Shown: piece by piece, positions 30,267-40,111 of the stretch
How the letters are laid out: every line of letters starts with the position of its first letter
How positions within the stretch are numbered: position 1 is the first letter of the stretch
Assembly: GCA_965141565.1 (NCBI GenBank)
Contig: CBCSNQ010000001.1
Location: 1-62,441 of the forward strand
Direction: 5' to 3'
DNA: 62,441 bases
Origin: an uncultured Collinsella sp.
Lineage (GTDB): Bacteria; Actinomycetota; Coriobacteriia; Coriobacteriales; Coriobacteriaceae
Program-made: the position numbers and the translations under genes
Notes under the pieces: model-generated
The model's database searches: none
Seen by the model: the letters and a program-made list of their open reading frames with translations, nothing else
What the model was told of the DNA's origin: nothing

Positions 30267-31793
30267 ATGGAATCGACTGATGTACTGGTAATTGGATCTG
30301 GCATTGCGGGCCTTTGCGCCGCCATCGAAGCGGCACGCACGGGTGCAACCGTCACTGTGGCAAGCGCCGGCAAGACTATGAGTGGATCGAGCTTCTTCCC
30401 CGGAACCTGGGGCCTAGGGCTTATCGGACCCGTTAACGAAGACGACGAGCAGGACCTCATCGACACCATCCTGGCCGTCGGCGGCGGCGTTGCCGACCCC
30501 GAACTCGTCCAAGCGTTCGTCCACGGCATTCCCCAAGCGATTGACTGGCTCGAGCAAGACCTGGGCGTTGAGCTCCAGCGTCCGCAAAGCGCCAAGAGTG
30601 CTCAACAAAAGCAATTTATCCCCTGCTTTGACCACAAGACGCGCATGTGGCGCGGCCTCACCCGCAAGCCCCTTGAGGACGCTCTGACGACCTGGATCGA
30701 GTCGCTCGGCATTCGCCTGCTCCCCCGCCATGAGCTTATCGACCTTGTTGAGGACACGAACGGCAGAATAACCGGAACCGTGCTCTACGACCTCACCGAA
30801 AATCGAATCGTGCCCTTTGCTGCCAAGGCCACGATCATCGCAGCCGGTGGCACAGGCGGCCTGTTTGAGCGCAGCCTTACGTCGGCCGATGTGCTCAGCT
30901 CCTCGCAGGCCATCGCACTCGCGCACGGCGCATCGCTTACTAATATAGAGTTCATGCAGATGATGCCCGGCTTCATCGAGCCCAAGCGCAACCTGGTCTT
31001 CAACGAGAAAACCTGGCGCTACGTACATGTAGACCAGCCGGCAGATATTGCCGACGACAAGCTGGACGACCTGCTCGAGCAGCGCTCTGGATATGGTCCC
31101 TTCACGTCACGCTTGGCCTCCCGCGCTATCGATCTCGTCATCGATCAGGCAGGTGTCAAAGGCCTGGCACTCCACTACGACTTCCCCCGCGAGGATGTCC
31201 CAGAGTTTGTGCAGACCTTTGCCACCTGGCTGCAAGACGAGCACGGCATCGCGCCGACCGACGAGATGCGCGTTGCGATGTATGCCCACGCCGCTAACGG
31301 CGGCATCAAGATCGATAAGACCGCGCACACGGGCGTTGAGGGCCTCTACGCTTGCGGCGAGGCGACAGGCGGCATGCACGGCGCCGACCGCATTGGTGGC
31401 TTGTCAAGCGCCAACGGCATCGTATTCGGACGTATCGCGGGCGCATCGGCAGCCCTCACAGCGCAGAAAGAGCCTGAAGTGGCCCTGAAGGCGGATATCA
31501 CCCTCCCCCAGTGCGGCATTGCCACAACAGATGCCGATCGCCTGACACACAGCCTTAGGCACACGATGAGCACCTTTTGCATGATCAACAGGACCGAAAC
31601 AGGCCTATCCGAGGCCCTGCAACAGCTTGAAAGTCTGCAAGACAAGACCATGGCGCTGAGCAAGCCGCATGCCGATGACAGCGAGATCGCAGCCCTCGCC
31701 CGCCTACAGTCGCAGATTCGACTAGCACAGGAAATGGTCAAAGCCATGCGCAAGCGAACTGAAAGCTTAGGTTCGCACTATCGAGCAGACTAA
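30267..31793 (+). CDS. FAD-binding oxidoreductase (NadB/SdhA/FrdA flavoprotein family)
   Basis: DVLVIGSGIAG, AAGGTGG, HAANGG, ACGEATGGMHGADRIGGLS, ESLGSHYRAD. Confidence 0.85.
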   Translation: MESTDVLVIGSGIAGLCAAIEAARTGATVTVASAGKTMSGSSFFPGTWGLGLIGPVNEDDEQDLIDTILAVGGGVADPELVQAFVHGIPQAIDWLEQDLGVELQRPQSAKSAQQKQFIPCFDHKTRMWRGLTRKPLEDALTTWIESLGIRLLPRHELIDLVEDTNGRITGTVLYDLTENRIVPFAAKATIIAAGGTGGLFERSLTSADVLSSSQAIALAHGASLTNIEFMQMMPGFIEPKRNLVFNEKTWRYVHVDQPADIADDKLDDLLEQRSGYGPFTSRLASRAIDLVIDQAGVKGLALHYDFPREDVPEFVQTFATWLQDEHGIAPTDEMRVAMYAHAANGGIKIDKTAHTGVEGLYACGEATGGMHGADRIGGLSSANGIVFGRIAGASAALTAQKEPEVALKADITLPQCGIATTDADRLTHSLRHTMSTFCMINRTETGLSEALQQLESLQDKTMALSKPHADDSEIAALARLQSQIRLAQEMVKAMRKRTESLGSHYRAD

Positions 31794-31923
31794 ATCGATT
31801 CTCACTTTGAGTTTGATCACAACTTCTCAACATGCATCGAGCCCCGTAAGCATGATTCCCCTAAGGAGAACACGCCTACGGGGCTTTAGCCGTGTTTCCC
31901 TAAGGGAATCACGGTGCAGATTA

Positions 31924-32205
31924 CTCAGCTCCGCGCCCCGACGGGTTCGACCCCATGCGAGGTCAACAAAAAAGCAACCAGCCTAAGCCAGTCGCTTTAA
32001 CAATCTTTGGGTGGGCCGTCAGGGGGTCAGCCTGCTGCGCAGGCGGTCGCTGCGGCGTTTCGCGCCTTGCGCGCTGCGCTGGCAAATGCTTACGCATTTC
32101 CTCAGCTCCGCGCCCCGACGGGTTCGACCCCATGTGAGGTTAACAAAAAAGCGACCAGCCTAAGCCAGTCGCTTTAACATGCTTTGGGTGGGCCGTCAGG
32201 GGGTC
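31924..32205. repeat. tRNA-linked direct repeat with a 177-bp period, containing the tRNA-Lys 3' end
   Basis: ctcagctccgcgccccgacgggttcgaccccatg...tgggccgtcagggggtc at 31924-32028 and 32101-32205. Confidence 0.9.
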
Positions 32206-32261
32206 GAACCCTGGACCTTGGGATTAAGAGTCCCCTGCTCTACCAACTGAGCTAACGACCC
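32189..32261 (-). tRNA. tRNA-Lys(CTT)
   Basis: GGGTCGTTAGCTCAGTTGGTAGAGCAGGGGACTCTTAATCCCAAGGTCCAGGGTTCGACCCCCTGACGGCCCA folds as a cloverleaf; CCA not encoded. Confidence 0.95.
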
Positions 32262-32283
32262 GATATCAACACGAAGCAAGAAC

Positions 32284-32361
32284 TGGGGTGGGTAAAGGGA
32301 CTCGAACCCTCGACCTACGGGACCACAACCCGTCGCTCTAGCCAACTGAGCTACACCCACC
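32284..32361 (-). tRNA. tRNA-His(GTG)
   Basis: G-1 plus GTGGGTGTAGCTCAGTTGG...GGGTTGTGGTCCCG...GGTTCGAGTCCC...ACCCACCCCA. Confidence 0.95.
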
Positions 32362-32526
32362 GTGTCCTGTGCGCTTCGCGCTCGACTATTATTGCAAGGA
32401 ACGCCACGCGATGCAAGCCCCAATTTTCAAGAATTTTGAAAAGAGTTTTTCGAGACCATTTCGAGCAAATCCCACCGGTTTCATAGGAGTAAACTTGCCC
32501 CACTGCAAATCCTCGAAAGGACCGTC

Positions 32527-33708
32527 ATGAAAGAACTCTCCAACCGCACGGCAAGATTTACCGATTCGGTCATCCGCCGCATGACACGCATCTCCAATAA
32601 GTACGGAGCTGTCAATCTCTCGCAGGGCTTCCCCGACTTCGATCCCCCGGCGCAGCTGCTCAACAGCCTGAGCGCCATCGCCAGCGACCCCAAGCCGCTC
32701 TATCACCAGTACTCCATCACCTGGGGCTCCCAGGCCATGCGCGAGGCGCTCGCAGCAAAGCAGGAGCACTTTATGGGCATGCCGGTCGACCCCAACCAGA
32801 ATATCGTGGTCACCTGCGGCTCCACCGAGGCCATGATGGCCGCCATGATGACGGTCACGAACCCCGGCGACAAGGTCGTCATCTTCTCGCCGTTCTACGA
32901 GAACTACGGCGCCGACACGATCCTTTCGGGTGCCGAGCCCATCTACGTGCCGCTCAACCCACCCACATTCGACTTTGACCGCAAGACACTCGAGGCGGCC
33001 TTCCGCGACAACGACCCCAAGGCCATCGTCCTGTGCAACCCGTCCAACCCCTGTGGCAAGGTCTTTACGCGCGAGGAGCTCACCTTTATCGCTGACCTCT
33101 GCAAAAAGTACGACGCCTACTGCATTACCGACGAAGTCTATGAGCACATCGTCTATGCGCCCCACGAGCATGTCTATATGGCCACGCTGCCCGGCATGTT
33201 CGAGCGAACCATCAGCTGCAGCTCGTTGTCCAAGACCTACTCCATCACCGGTTGGCGCCTGGGCTACACCATCGCTCCCGCCGAAATCACCGAGCGCATT
33301 AAAAAGGTCCACGACTTCCTCACCGTGGGCGCCGCCGCTCCCCTGCAAGAGGCCGTCGTTACCGCCCTCAACTTCGATGACAGCTATTACGATGAGGTCC
33401 TTGACCTCTATACCGCCAAACGCGACCTGTTCTGCCAGGGACTCGACAGCATCGGTCTTGAGCATAACGTGCCGCAGGGCGCCTACTACGTGATGATGGA
33501 TATCTCTGAGTTTGGCTACGACAGCGACCTCGAGTTCTGCGAGGACCTGGCCTCAAAGGTGGGCGTGGGCGCAGTGCCCGGCTCGAGCTTCTTCCGCGAG
33601 CCCGTCAACCATCTGATTCGTTTCCACTTTGCCAAGCGTGACGAGACGCTTAACGCGGCGCTGGAGAACCTCAAGTCGCTACGTGATAAAATCAAGCCGC
33701 GCGGGTAA
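32527..33708 (+). CDS. PLP-dependent class I/II aminotransferase
   Basis: NLSQGFPDF, CNPSNPCGK, DEVYEH, SLSKTYSITGWRLGY. Confidence 0.93.
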   Translation: MKELSNRTARFTDSVIRRMTRISNKYGAVNLSQGFPDFDPPAQLLNSLSAIASDPKPLYHQYSITWGSQAMREALAAKQEHFMGMPVDPNQNIVVTCGSTEAMMAAMMTVTNPGDKVVIFSPFYENYGADTILSGAEPIYVPLNPPTFDFDRKTLEAAFRDNDPKAIVLCNPSNPCGKVFTREELTFIADLCKKYDAYCITDEVYEHIVYAPHEHVYMATLPGMFERTISCSSLSKTYSITGWRLGYTIAPAEITERIKKVHDFLTVGAAAPLQEAVVTALNFDDSYYDEVLDLYTAKRDLFCQGLDSIGLEHNVPQGAYYVMMDISEFGYDSDLEFCEDLASKVGVGAVPGSSFFREPVNHLIRFHFAKRDETLNAALENLKSLRDKIKPRG

Positions 33709-33734
33709 GGACGGCCCGGCAACTAAAGTAACCA

Positions 33735-33775
33735 AAGAAGCCCCGCACCGCCCGCCGAGTTGCGGGGCTTCTTTC
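33735..33775 (+). terminator. intrinsic terminator
   Basis: aagaagccccgca...tgcggggcttcttt. Confidence 0.7.
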
Positions 33776-33849
33776 TATAGCGCTTTCTTAAATGGTTTAG
33801 AGCTCTATACTTTAGTCACGGAGCAACTCGTCCCAGAGAGAGGAATACT

Positions 33850-34740
33850 ATGGCAGAGCAGCAGCTTATCGGAGCGCTCGAGGCCGGTGGCACCAAGATG
33901 GTCTGCGCCACGGGCTATGCGGACGGCACGGTCCTGGAGCGTGAGCAGATCGCGACCACGACCCCGCAGGAGACCGTCGAGGCCGTCAACGCGTGGTTTG
34001 CCGACAAGGGCATCGCCGCGCTGGGCATTGGCGCCTTTGGCCCTACCGCAGTCAACCCCGCCTCGCCCCAATACGGCAAGATCCTGGAGACGCCCAAAAC
34101 GGCATGGCGCTACTTTGACCTGCTGGGCACTATCCAAAACGAGCTCAATATCCCCTGCGGCTACGATACCGACGTCAACGTCGCCTGCCTAGGCGAGGTC
34201 ACGTTTGGTTGCGCCAAGGGCCTTACCGATGTGGTCTACCTGACCATCGGCACCGGCGTGGGCGCCGGCGTGCTCTCGGGCGGTAAGCTCGTGCACGGCA
34301 TGATGCATCCCGAGGCCGGCCACATCCTGGTCACGCGCGACCCGCGCGACACCATCGGCGAGCATAGCGCCTGCCCCTTCCACGACAACTGCCTCGAGGG
34401 CCTCATCGCCGGCCCCGGCGTTAAAAAGCGCTGGGATGGCAAGAGCGCCGGAGACATGGCCGATGACCCGGAGGCCATGGACCTGCTCGCCGGCTATCTG
34501 GCACAGGCGCTCATGACCTACACGCTGTGCTACGCGCCGCAAAAGATCATCATCGGCGGCGGCGTGGCCGACCACACCCCCATCGTGCCGCTCGCGCGCA
34601 AGAAGTGCGCCGAGATGCTCAACGGCTATATCGTCACGCCCGAGATCAACGACATCGATAACTACATCGTCAACAACAGCCTCGAGGGCAAGCAGGGCAT
34701 CATGGGCTGCCTGGCCCTGGGCGCACAGGCGCTTCAGTAG
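33850..34740 (+). CDS. ROK-family sugar kinase (fructokinase-like)
   Basis: LEAGGTKMVC, DTDVN, YLTIGTGVGAG, HPEAGH, CPFHDNCLEG. Confidence 0.9.
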   Translation: MAEQQLIGALEAGGTKMVCATGYADGTVLEREQIATTTPQETVEAVNAWFADKGIAALGIGAFGPTAVNPASPQYGKILETPKTAWRYFDLLGTIQNELNIPCGYDTDVNVACLGEVTFGCAKGLTDVVYLTIGTGVGAGVLSGGKLVHGMMHPEAGHILVTRDPRDTIGEHSACPFHDNCLEGLIAGPGVKKRWDGKSAGDMADDPEAMDLLAGYLAQALMTYTLCYAPQKIIIGGGVADHTPIVPLARKKCAEMLNGYIVTPEINDIDNYIVNNSLEGKQGIMGCLALGAQALQ

Positions 34741-34853
34741 CAGACGCACCCACAGGGCGTGGCGCGCTCGGCAAATCCAACCTACGGAACGACGCCACCA
34801 CGCCTCATATAAGCCCTCAAATAAAAAAGCCGCCTAGGACCAAACAATACGTC

Positions 34854-35303
34854 CTAGGCGGCCTTTTTGGCGCACATCAGCGACCGTAAGAGATATCGGA
34901 GCACAACGCCCGTTGCCGCTCCACAGCAGTCGATCATCACATCGGTGATCATGCCGGCGCGTCCCGGCACAAAGAGCTGAATCGTCTCGTCGATCGAGGG
35001 AATCAGCAGCAGGAACACCGCCGTGGGCAGCAGCACGTCAAAGGTGCGCCGGCCCTCAAAATCAAAGGCGTGCGTTGCCAAGATGCCGAGCACCATATAC
35101 TCGGTAAAATGCGCGCACTTGCGAACAACAAAGTTGGTCACCCATTCATATGGAAGTCCCACGCCGTGCAGGAAACCGCGGATAGCTTCCATGACCGTCA
35201 GGCTCAGCGAGCCCGACCCCGAGCCGGGAACCAGCGAATTGCCCCAGATCAAGAGCGCCATCAGGCAGGTTACAACCGCCCATTTTCGATTGATCTTAAC
35301 CAT
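34854..35303 (-). CDS. VanZ family membrane protein
   Basis: RKCAHFTEYMVLG, DETIQLFVPGR, DVMID. Confidence 0.9.
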   Translation of the reverse strand: MVKINRKWAVVTCLMALLIWGNSLVPGSGSGSLSLTVMEAIRGFLHGVGLPYEWVTNFVVRKCAHFTEYMVLGILATHAFDFEGRRTFDVLLPTAVFLLLIPSIDETIQLFVPGRAGMITDVMIDCCGAATGVVLRYLLRSLMCAKKAA

Positions 35304-35310
35304 GCAGAAG

Positions 35311-36711
35311 TTATGCCTCCGCGCGGAGCGGCGCGAAGCTGGCGGTACCGCCCTCGATAACGCTCAGATAGGCACGGCCCGTACGCTTGGCGGTAGAGGA
35401 CTGCAGGCGCTCGATCTCTTCCTCGAGAATCTGATTGACGCGCTCGTGACGACGATTTTCCATAATGCCGGCGGCAATAGCCTCGGCTCGCTCAATGCTC
35501 TCGCGCGAGATACGGGCGGTATCCTCGGGGAACACAGCGCTGTGACGGCCGACATAAGCGGGGGCAGCAGGCTGAGGGGCAGCGACGGGAGCGGGGGCTG
35601 CAACAGGAGCGGGCTCGTCAATCTCATCCAGAATCGCGGTGGCGGCGGCCCACATGTCCTCGTGGCCCGAGTAATCGGCCATAGGGACATCAACCTCGAG
35701 CGAGGCGTCCGGAAGGTCGCCGGTGTCGATGCGATCTTGGGCTTCAATAGATGCGGTGATGGCTGCGGGTTCATCGAGGTCGTCAAGATCGATGTCCGCG
35801 GCACCGGAGATGATAGGCATGCTGGCGAGGTTTGCATTGTACGGCGCAGCCTCAGCCGCCCGCTGCCGGGCAGGAGCGCCCCAAAGCGAGCTTTCGGCGG
35901 CACGGCGGGCGGCAACGGCCTCCTCGTCCGCAGTAATGGCTTCATCAACGTACGAATTATCGGCAGAAGCGTCCACGTCCGCCGAGGTAGCGCTGTAGGC
36001 GTTATTGGCTGCCGCGTTAGCAACGAGTGCCACGAAAGCCGCCGTGCTGCCCGCAGGGGCGGCCTGGGAGCCAGACACGGCACGTGCCGCGGCGGCGATG
36101 TCGTCACGATTGAAGGAGCCTGTCTGCCCGCCGTTGGTGAGCTCGTCGATGGCGACTTGATAGACGTCGCGCGAGTGTGCAGGGTCGCAGCTCACCGGCG
36201 AATCGTCGTCGAGCATACTGTCGATCATGGACCAAGCCTCGTCCTCGTCCATAGCATCTGCGGCTCGAGCGATGGTAGGGACACCATCATCGGCATGACG
36301 GCGCTGGAACGCACCAGTCAGGCCGGAAAGGAATGCCGAGGTAGACTGTTCCGGCTGAGTCTGAGAAGCAGAAGCCGCAGTGAAAGGAGTAGCATCCTGC
36401 TGCTGAGCTGGAATCGAGGCGGTCTTGAACTCGCTTTGATGCTGATTGAGATTGGCGGCACCGCCCATGGCATCAGGCTGGAACAGACGCTCTTCACGCT
36501 GCGCACGGTACTCGGAGATACCCAGCGAGGCGGCATAGATACCCACGCCCGCCACCGCGCCCACGGCGAAGGGAACCGCACCCGCCACGACCGTCTCGTT
36601 CACCGACGAAAACGGTAGCGTCGCGGCATACATAACCACGGGAGCGGCAAGGCCGATCCCGCACGAAAGTCCGGCAAGGACTGCTCGTTGTGTTGCATCA
36701 GAAGAAGCCAT
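35311..36711 (-). CDS. hypothetical membrane-anchored acidic Ala-rich protein
   Basis: Two N-terminal TM segments followed by a long D/E/A-rich region; GGAG RBS; 7 bp upstream of the VanZ gene. Confidence 0.7.
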   Translation of the reverse strand: MASSDATQRAVLAGLSCGIGLAAPVVMYAATLPFSSVNETVVAGAVPFAVGAVAGVGIYAASLGISEYRAQREERLFQPDAMGGAANLNQHQSEFKTASIPAQQQDATPFTAASASQTQPEQSTSAFLSGLTGAFQRRHADDGVPTIARAADAMDEDEAWSMIDSMLDDDSPVSCDPAHSRDVYQVAIDELTNGGQTGSFNRDDIAAAARAVSGSQAAPAGSTAAFVALVANAAANNAYSATSADVDASADNSYVDEAITADEEAVAARRAAESSLWGAPARQRAAEAAPYNANLASMPIISGAADIDLDDLDEPAAITASIEAQDRIDTGDLPDASLEVDVPMADYSGHEDMWAAATAILDEIDEPAPVAAPAPVAAPQPAAPAYVGRHSAVFPEDTARISRESIERAEAIAAGIMENRRHERVNQILEEEIERLQSSTAKRTGRAYLSVIEGGTASFAPLRAEA

Positions 36712-36956
36712 GAGCTCTCCCCATCTTCCAGCACCCAAATCGCATCATTCAGTTGGCTGCGCGAGAGAAGATGAAGCGGGGCTATGCCCCAAAGCAACGG
36801 TATATGGTTCGTTTCATCTGCGTTTTCCGTCGCGAAGCTTAAAAGCTATTATGCGAAACCGCCCTGTCGATTGCAAGCGACGATGTCGGATTGAAACGGG
36901 AAACCTGCTGCTCGTCGTTCTTATGGTTAAAAATAAGCGCGGAGCGGCGATATGGA

Positions 36957-36986
36957 AAAGGGCCGAGGCTCAAAGCCCCGACCCTT
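36957..36986 (-). terminator. probable intrinsic terminator after rho
   Basis: aaagggccgaggct...agccccgacccttt hairpin. Confidence 0.5.
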
Positions 36987-37024
36987 TATCGCATTGATGA
37001 CTATCGCTGCGCGTGGATGACAAC

Positions 37025-39580
37025 CTAGAACGTCTGCTCGTAGTCGCTGTGTTTTTTAGCCGAACGCACCAGGAACTCCTGGTTGGTGTTGGTGCCCTTA
37101 AGACCCTTGATAAACGATGCGGCTGCGCGCTCGGTGTTGTTCATGCCGGCAAGAATGCGACGCAGACCAAAGACAAACGGACGCATCTGCTCGTCGACCA
37201 ACAGGTCCTCATTACGCGTACCGGAGGCAACGGGGTCGATAGCCGGGAAGATGCGACGGTCGGCCAGGTCGCGGTCGAGCTTAAGCTCCATGTTGCCGGT
37301 GCCCTTGAACTCCTCAAAGATGACCTCGTCCATCTTGGAACCGGTGTCGATGAGGGCAGAGGCCAGGATGGTGAGCGAGCCACCGTTCTCGATATTACGG
37401 GCTGCGCCCAGGAAGCGCTTGGGAGGATACAGGGCCGCCGAATCGACGCCGCCCGAAAGGATGCGGCCCGAGGCGGGCGCCGCCAAGTTGTAGGCGCGGG
37501 CAAGACGCGTAATGGAGTCGAGCACCACCACAACATCGCCGCCCAGTTCCACGATGCGCTTGGCGCGCTCGATGACGAGCTCTGCCACGCGAGTGTGGTT
37601 GTCGGCGGGCATATCGAAGGTCGACGCCACAACCTCGCCCTTGATGGAACGCTGCATATCAGTGACCTCTTCGGGGCGCTCGTCGACGAGCAGGCAGATG
37701 AGGTGCACCTCGGGGTTGTTAATCGAGATAGACTGGCAGATTTTCTTGAGGATCGTGGTCTTGCCGGCCTTGGGCGGGGACACGATCAAACCACGCTGAC
37801 CCTTGCCGATCGGCGACACGATGTCGATGGCGCGACCGGTAATGGAGTCCTTGCCGTGCTCCATGCGCAGCGGCTCATTGGGATAGACCGGGGTGAGGTC
37901 GCCGAATTTGGGACGGTTGCGAATCTGCTCGGGGTCCAGACCGTTGACGGTCGTGATTTTGGCGAGGCCGGCGCGCTTGTCGCCGCCGCGCGAAGGGCGC
38001 AGCGAGCCCTCGATGACGTCGCCCGTGCGCAGGCGCGCGGAGCGGATGAGATAGGCGGGCACGAAGGCATCGTCGTTGGACTTCATGTAGCCATGGGCGT
38101 GGATGATGCCGGAGCTGTCCGGGCGAATCTGCAGAATGCCCTTGATGTCGCGGAAGCCCTCGGCCTTCGCGGCGGTGGTGTAGATCTCCTCGACGAGCTC
38201 GGCTTTCTTCTTGCCGGTCGTCTCGATCTCGAACTCCTTGGCCTTCTCGCGCAGTTCGGCGACCTTCATGGCAGCGAGCTCCTCACGCGAAAGCGTGGGC
38301 TCGGTGGGGGCGGCGTTGCGCTCCTTGTTGCGCTGTTTGCGATCGCGCTGACGGTTGCGACGGTCGTTGTTGCGTTCGTCCTTGCGATCGTTGCGCTCCT
38401 CGTTGCGCTTGTGCTGGCGACGGTTGGAACGAGTGCCGTCTTCGGCCTCGGCGGGCGCGGCACCATCGGTTGTGGCGGCGTCGGCATTGGCCGCAGCGGC
38501 TTCATTGGCCTCGGCGCCGGAATCAATCTGCGCTTCGACATCAGCCTGATGCTCGGACGCCTTGGCCTTAGCGGACTTCTTACGACCGCGCTTGGGCTTC
38601 TCGGACGCAGGCTGTTCGACGTCTTGGGGCTCGGCGGCATCAGTCGATGCATCGGCGGTCGTCTCGTCGGAATCCTCGGACGTACCCTTCTTGGCAGCCT
38701 TAGCCTTGGACGTGTGCTTAGCAGCAGTGCGACGGCTGCGACCGGGGCGGACGTCGGCGGGCTCGGCATCGGCGGGAGCGGCCTCGGAAGTCGTAGCATC
38801 CTGAACGGGTGCATCGGCAGCGGTTGCAGACTCGGCGGTCGCCGCAGCATCCCGAGCAGCTGCGGCTGCGGCTGCGGCCTTCTCTGCCTCGACGAAGGCC
38901 TTGGGCTTGCGACCGCGACGGTGCGGGCGCAAAGCCGGATCGACAACGGGAACTTCGCTGGCCTCGACAGGCGCAGCGGGCTCAGCTGGCGATGCGCCCT
39001 CCCCTGCCGCGGAACGGACCGAAGCCTCAGTGAGCTCGGGGGTTACCTGATCGGCAACCTGCTCGGCCTTAGCAGCCGTGCGACGGCGTGTGCGCGGTGC
39101 CGGCTTCTCGGTCGGTTGGTCGGCGGCAGGGGTCTCGGGCACAGACGGGGCTGCAAGCTCGGTCAGAGTCGCGGCCTCACGCTCGGCAGCACGACGGCGG
39201 GCGCGCACCACCTGAGCCTCGCTAATCTGCGCCAACGCACGTGCCTGCGCGACCTCATCGGAAATCGGCGCCGAGGAGTCAGCTGCAACGGTGCGCTTGG
39301 CGCGCGTCGTGCGCGTGGTACGGCGCTTGGGCTTGGTGACCTCCTCGCCGTCAGCGGCAGGCTTGGCCGTGCGGCGCGTGCGCTTGGGCTTTGCCGGAGC
39401 AGCCTCCTCACCAGTTGCAGGCACGGCCTTCTCAGCCGCTACAGGCGTAGGCGTCGAAGCAGCCTTAGGCGTCTCAGGAGCCGAGGCTTGCGCGGGTGCC
39501 GCGACCTGGTCCGACGCAACCGGTGCAGCGGGAGCGGCCTGCGTCGTCGTTATTTCGTTTTCTTGCTGTTGATCAGACAC
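37025..39580 (-). CDS. rho: transcription termination factor Rho with a very long low-complexity N-terminal extension
   Basis: PIGKGQRGLIVSPPKAGKT, LLVDERPEEVTDM, LDSITRLARAYN, EEFKGTGNMEL. Confidence 0.97.
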   Translation of the reverse strand: MSDQQQENEITTTQAAPAAPVASDQVAAPAQASAPETPKAASTPTPVAAEKAVPATGEEAAPAKPKRTRRTAKPAADGEEVTKPKRRTTRTTRAKRTVAADSSAPISDEVAQARALAQISEAQVVRARRRAAEREAATLTELAAPSVPETPAADQPTEKPAPRTRRRTAAKAEQVADQVTPELTEASVRSAAGEGASPAEPAAPVEASEVPVVDPALRPHRRGRKPKAFVEAEKAAAAAAAARDAAATAESATAADAPVQDATTSEAAPADAEPADVRPGRSRRTAAKHTSKAKAAKKGTSEDSDETTADASTDAAEPQDVEQPASEKPKRGRKKSAKAKASEHQADVEAQIDSGAEANEAAAANADAATTDGAAPAEAEDGTRSNRRQHKRNEERNDRKDERNNDRRNRQRDRKQRNKERNAAPTEPTLSREELAAMKVAELREKAKEFEIETTGKKKAELVEEIYTTAAKAEGFRDIKGILQIRPDSSGIIHAHGYMKSNDDAFVPAYLIRSARLRTGDVIEGSLRPSRGGDKRAGLAKITTVNGLDPEQIRNRPKFGDLTPVYPNEPLRMEHGKDSITGRAIDIVSPIGKGQRGLIVSPPKAGKTTILKKICQSISINNPEVHLICLLVDERPEEVTDMQRSIKGEVVASTFDMPADNHTRVAELVIERAKRIVELGGDVVVVLDSITRLARAYNLAAPASGRILSGGVDSAALYPPKRFLGAARNIENGGSLTILASALIDTGSKMDEVIFEEFKGTGNMELKLDRDLADRRIFPAIDPVASGTRNEDLLVDEQMRPFVFGLRRILAGMNNTERAAASFIKGLKGTNTNQEFLVRSAKKHSDYEQTF

Positions 39581-39754
39581 AGTGTTTGCTCAACTTTCTT
39601 TTCAAGCCCTGTGATCACATGCTCCCTGCATAAACCTTCAGGGCGGCTAAACAGTCTAGCTCCGTCAAATACCGACGGACATCATTGATCTGTATCGAGA
39701 TATTTGCGTCATATACGCAGCGTTAGTGTAACACAACCGCAACCACCTGCAACT

Positions 39755-39800
39755 TAGTCATTGGGGACGTTCTTAAACGACTATTCAAAAGGGACACTCT
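39755..39800. repeat. GGGAC-core REP-like element (tagtcattggggacgtt..taaacgacta), near-identical to 59165-59193
   Basis: Direct sequence match between the two loci. Confidence 0.75.
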
Positions 39801-39836
39801 TTGGTTTACCGCCCACAAATCTGACTGCCTCCGCCA

Positions 39837-39986
39837 AAACTATGGCGGTTTACTACGATGAATCGCTCAACCGCGACCACTCCGAAACTTGTTGAACTAA
39901 AACCGCAGGTAGATGCCTTGCACTTTTTAGCGAAAAGCCGGCGTGGTTGGCATTTCTCAATTCATCGTAGTAAACCGGCATAGTTT
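39837..39986. repeat. 150-bp element with 27-bp inverted arms and an internal AAAACCGCAGGTAGA motif
   Basis: aaactatggcggtttactacgatgaat versus attcatcgtagtaaaccggcatagttt (1 mismatch). Confidence 0.85.
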
Positions 39987-40032
39987 CGTATTTCCAGCAG
40001 CCCCAAATTCGTCAATACGCCGGCGTTTATGC

Positions 40033-40066
40033 AAAAAGCCCGACCTCCGCATGGAGATCGGGCTTA
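40033..40066 (-). terminator. intrinsic terminator of argS
   Basis: aaaaagcccgacctcc...ggagatcgggctt. Confidence 0.7.
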
Positions 40067-40111
40067 TAGGGCTCAGCAAAGCCGAACTTACACGGTCAAA
40101 CGACCCGTAGA

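Noticed and set aside
31924..32205. attL/attR of a prophage or ICE at tRNA-Lys
   Set aside because: The two copies are only 177 bp apart, with no integrase or cargo; treated as a tRNA-linked repeat.
37013..39688. 891-aa + strand ORF (likewise 35023-36618, 43440-45041, 47809-49980 and 57141-58931)
   Set aside because: Antisense shadows of rho, proA, pncB, pckA and others, caused by high-GC codon bias.
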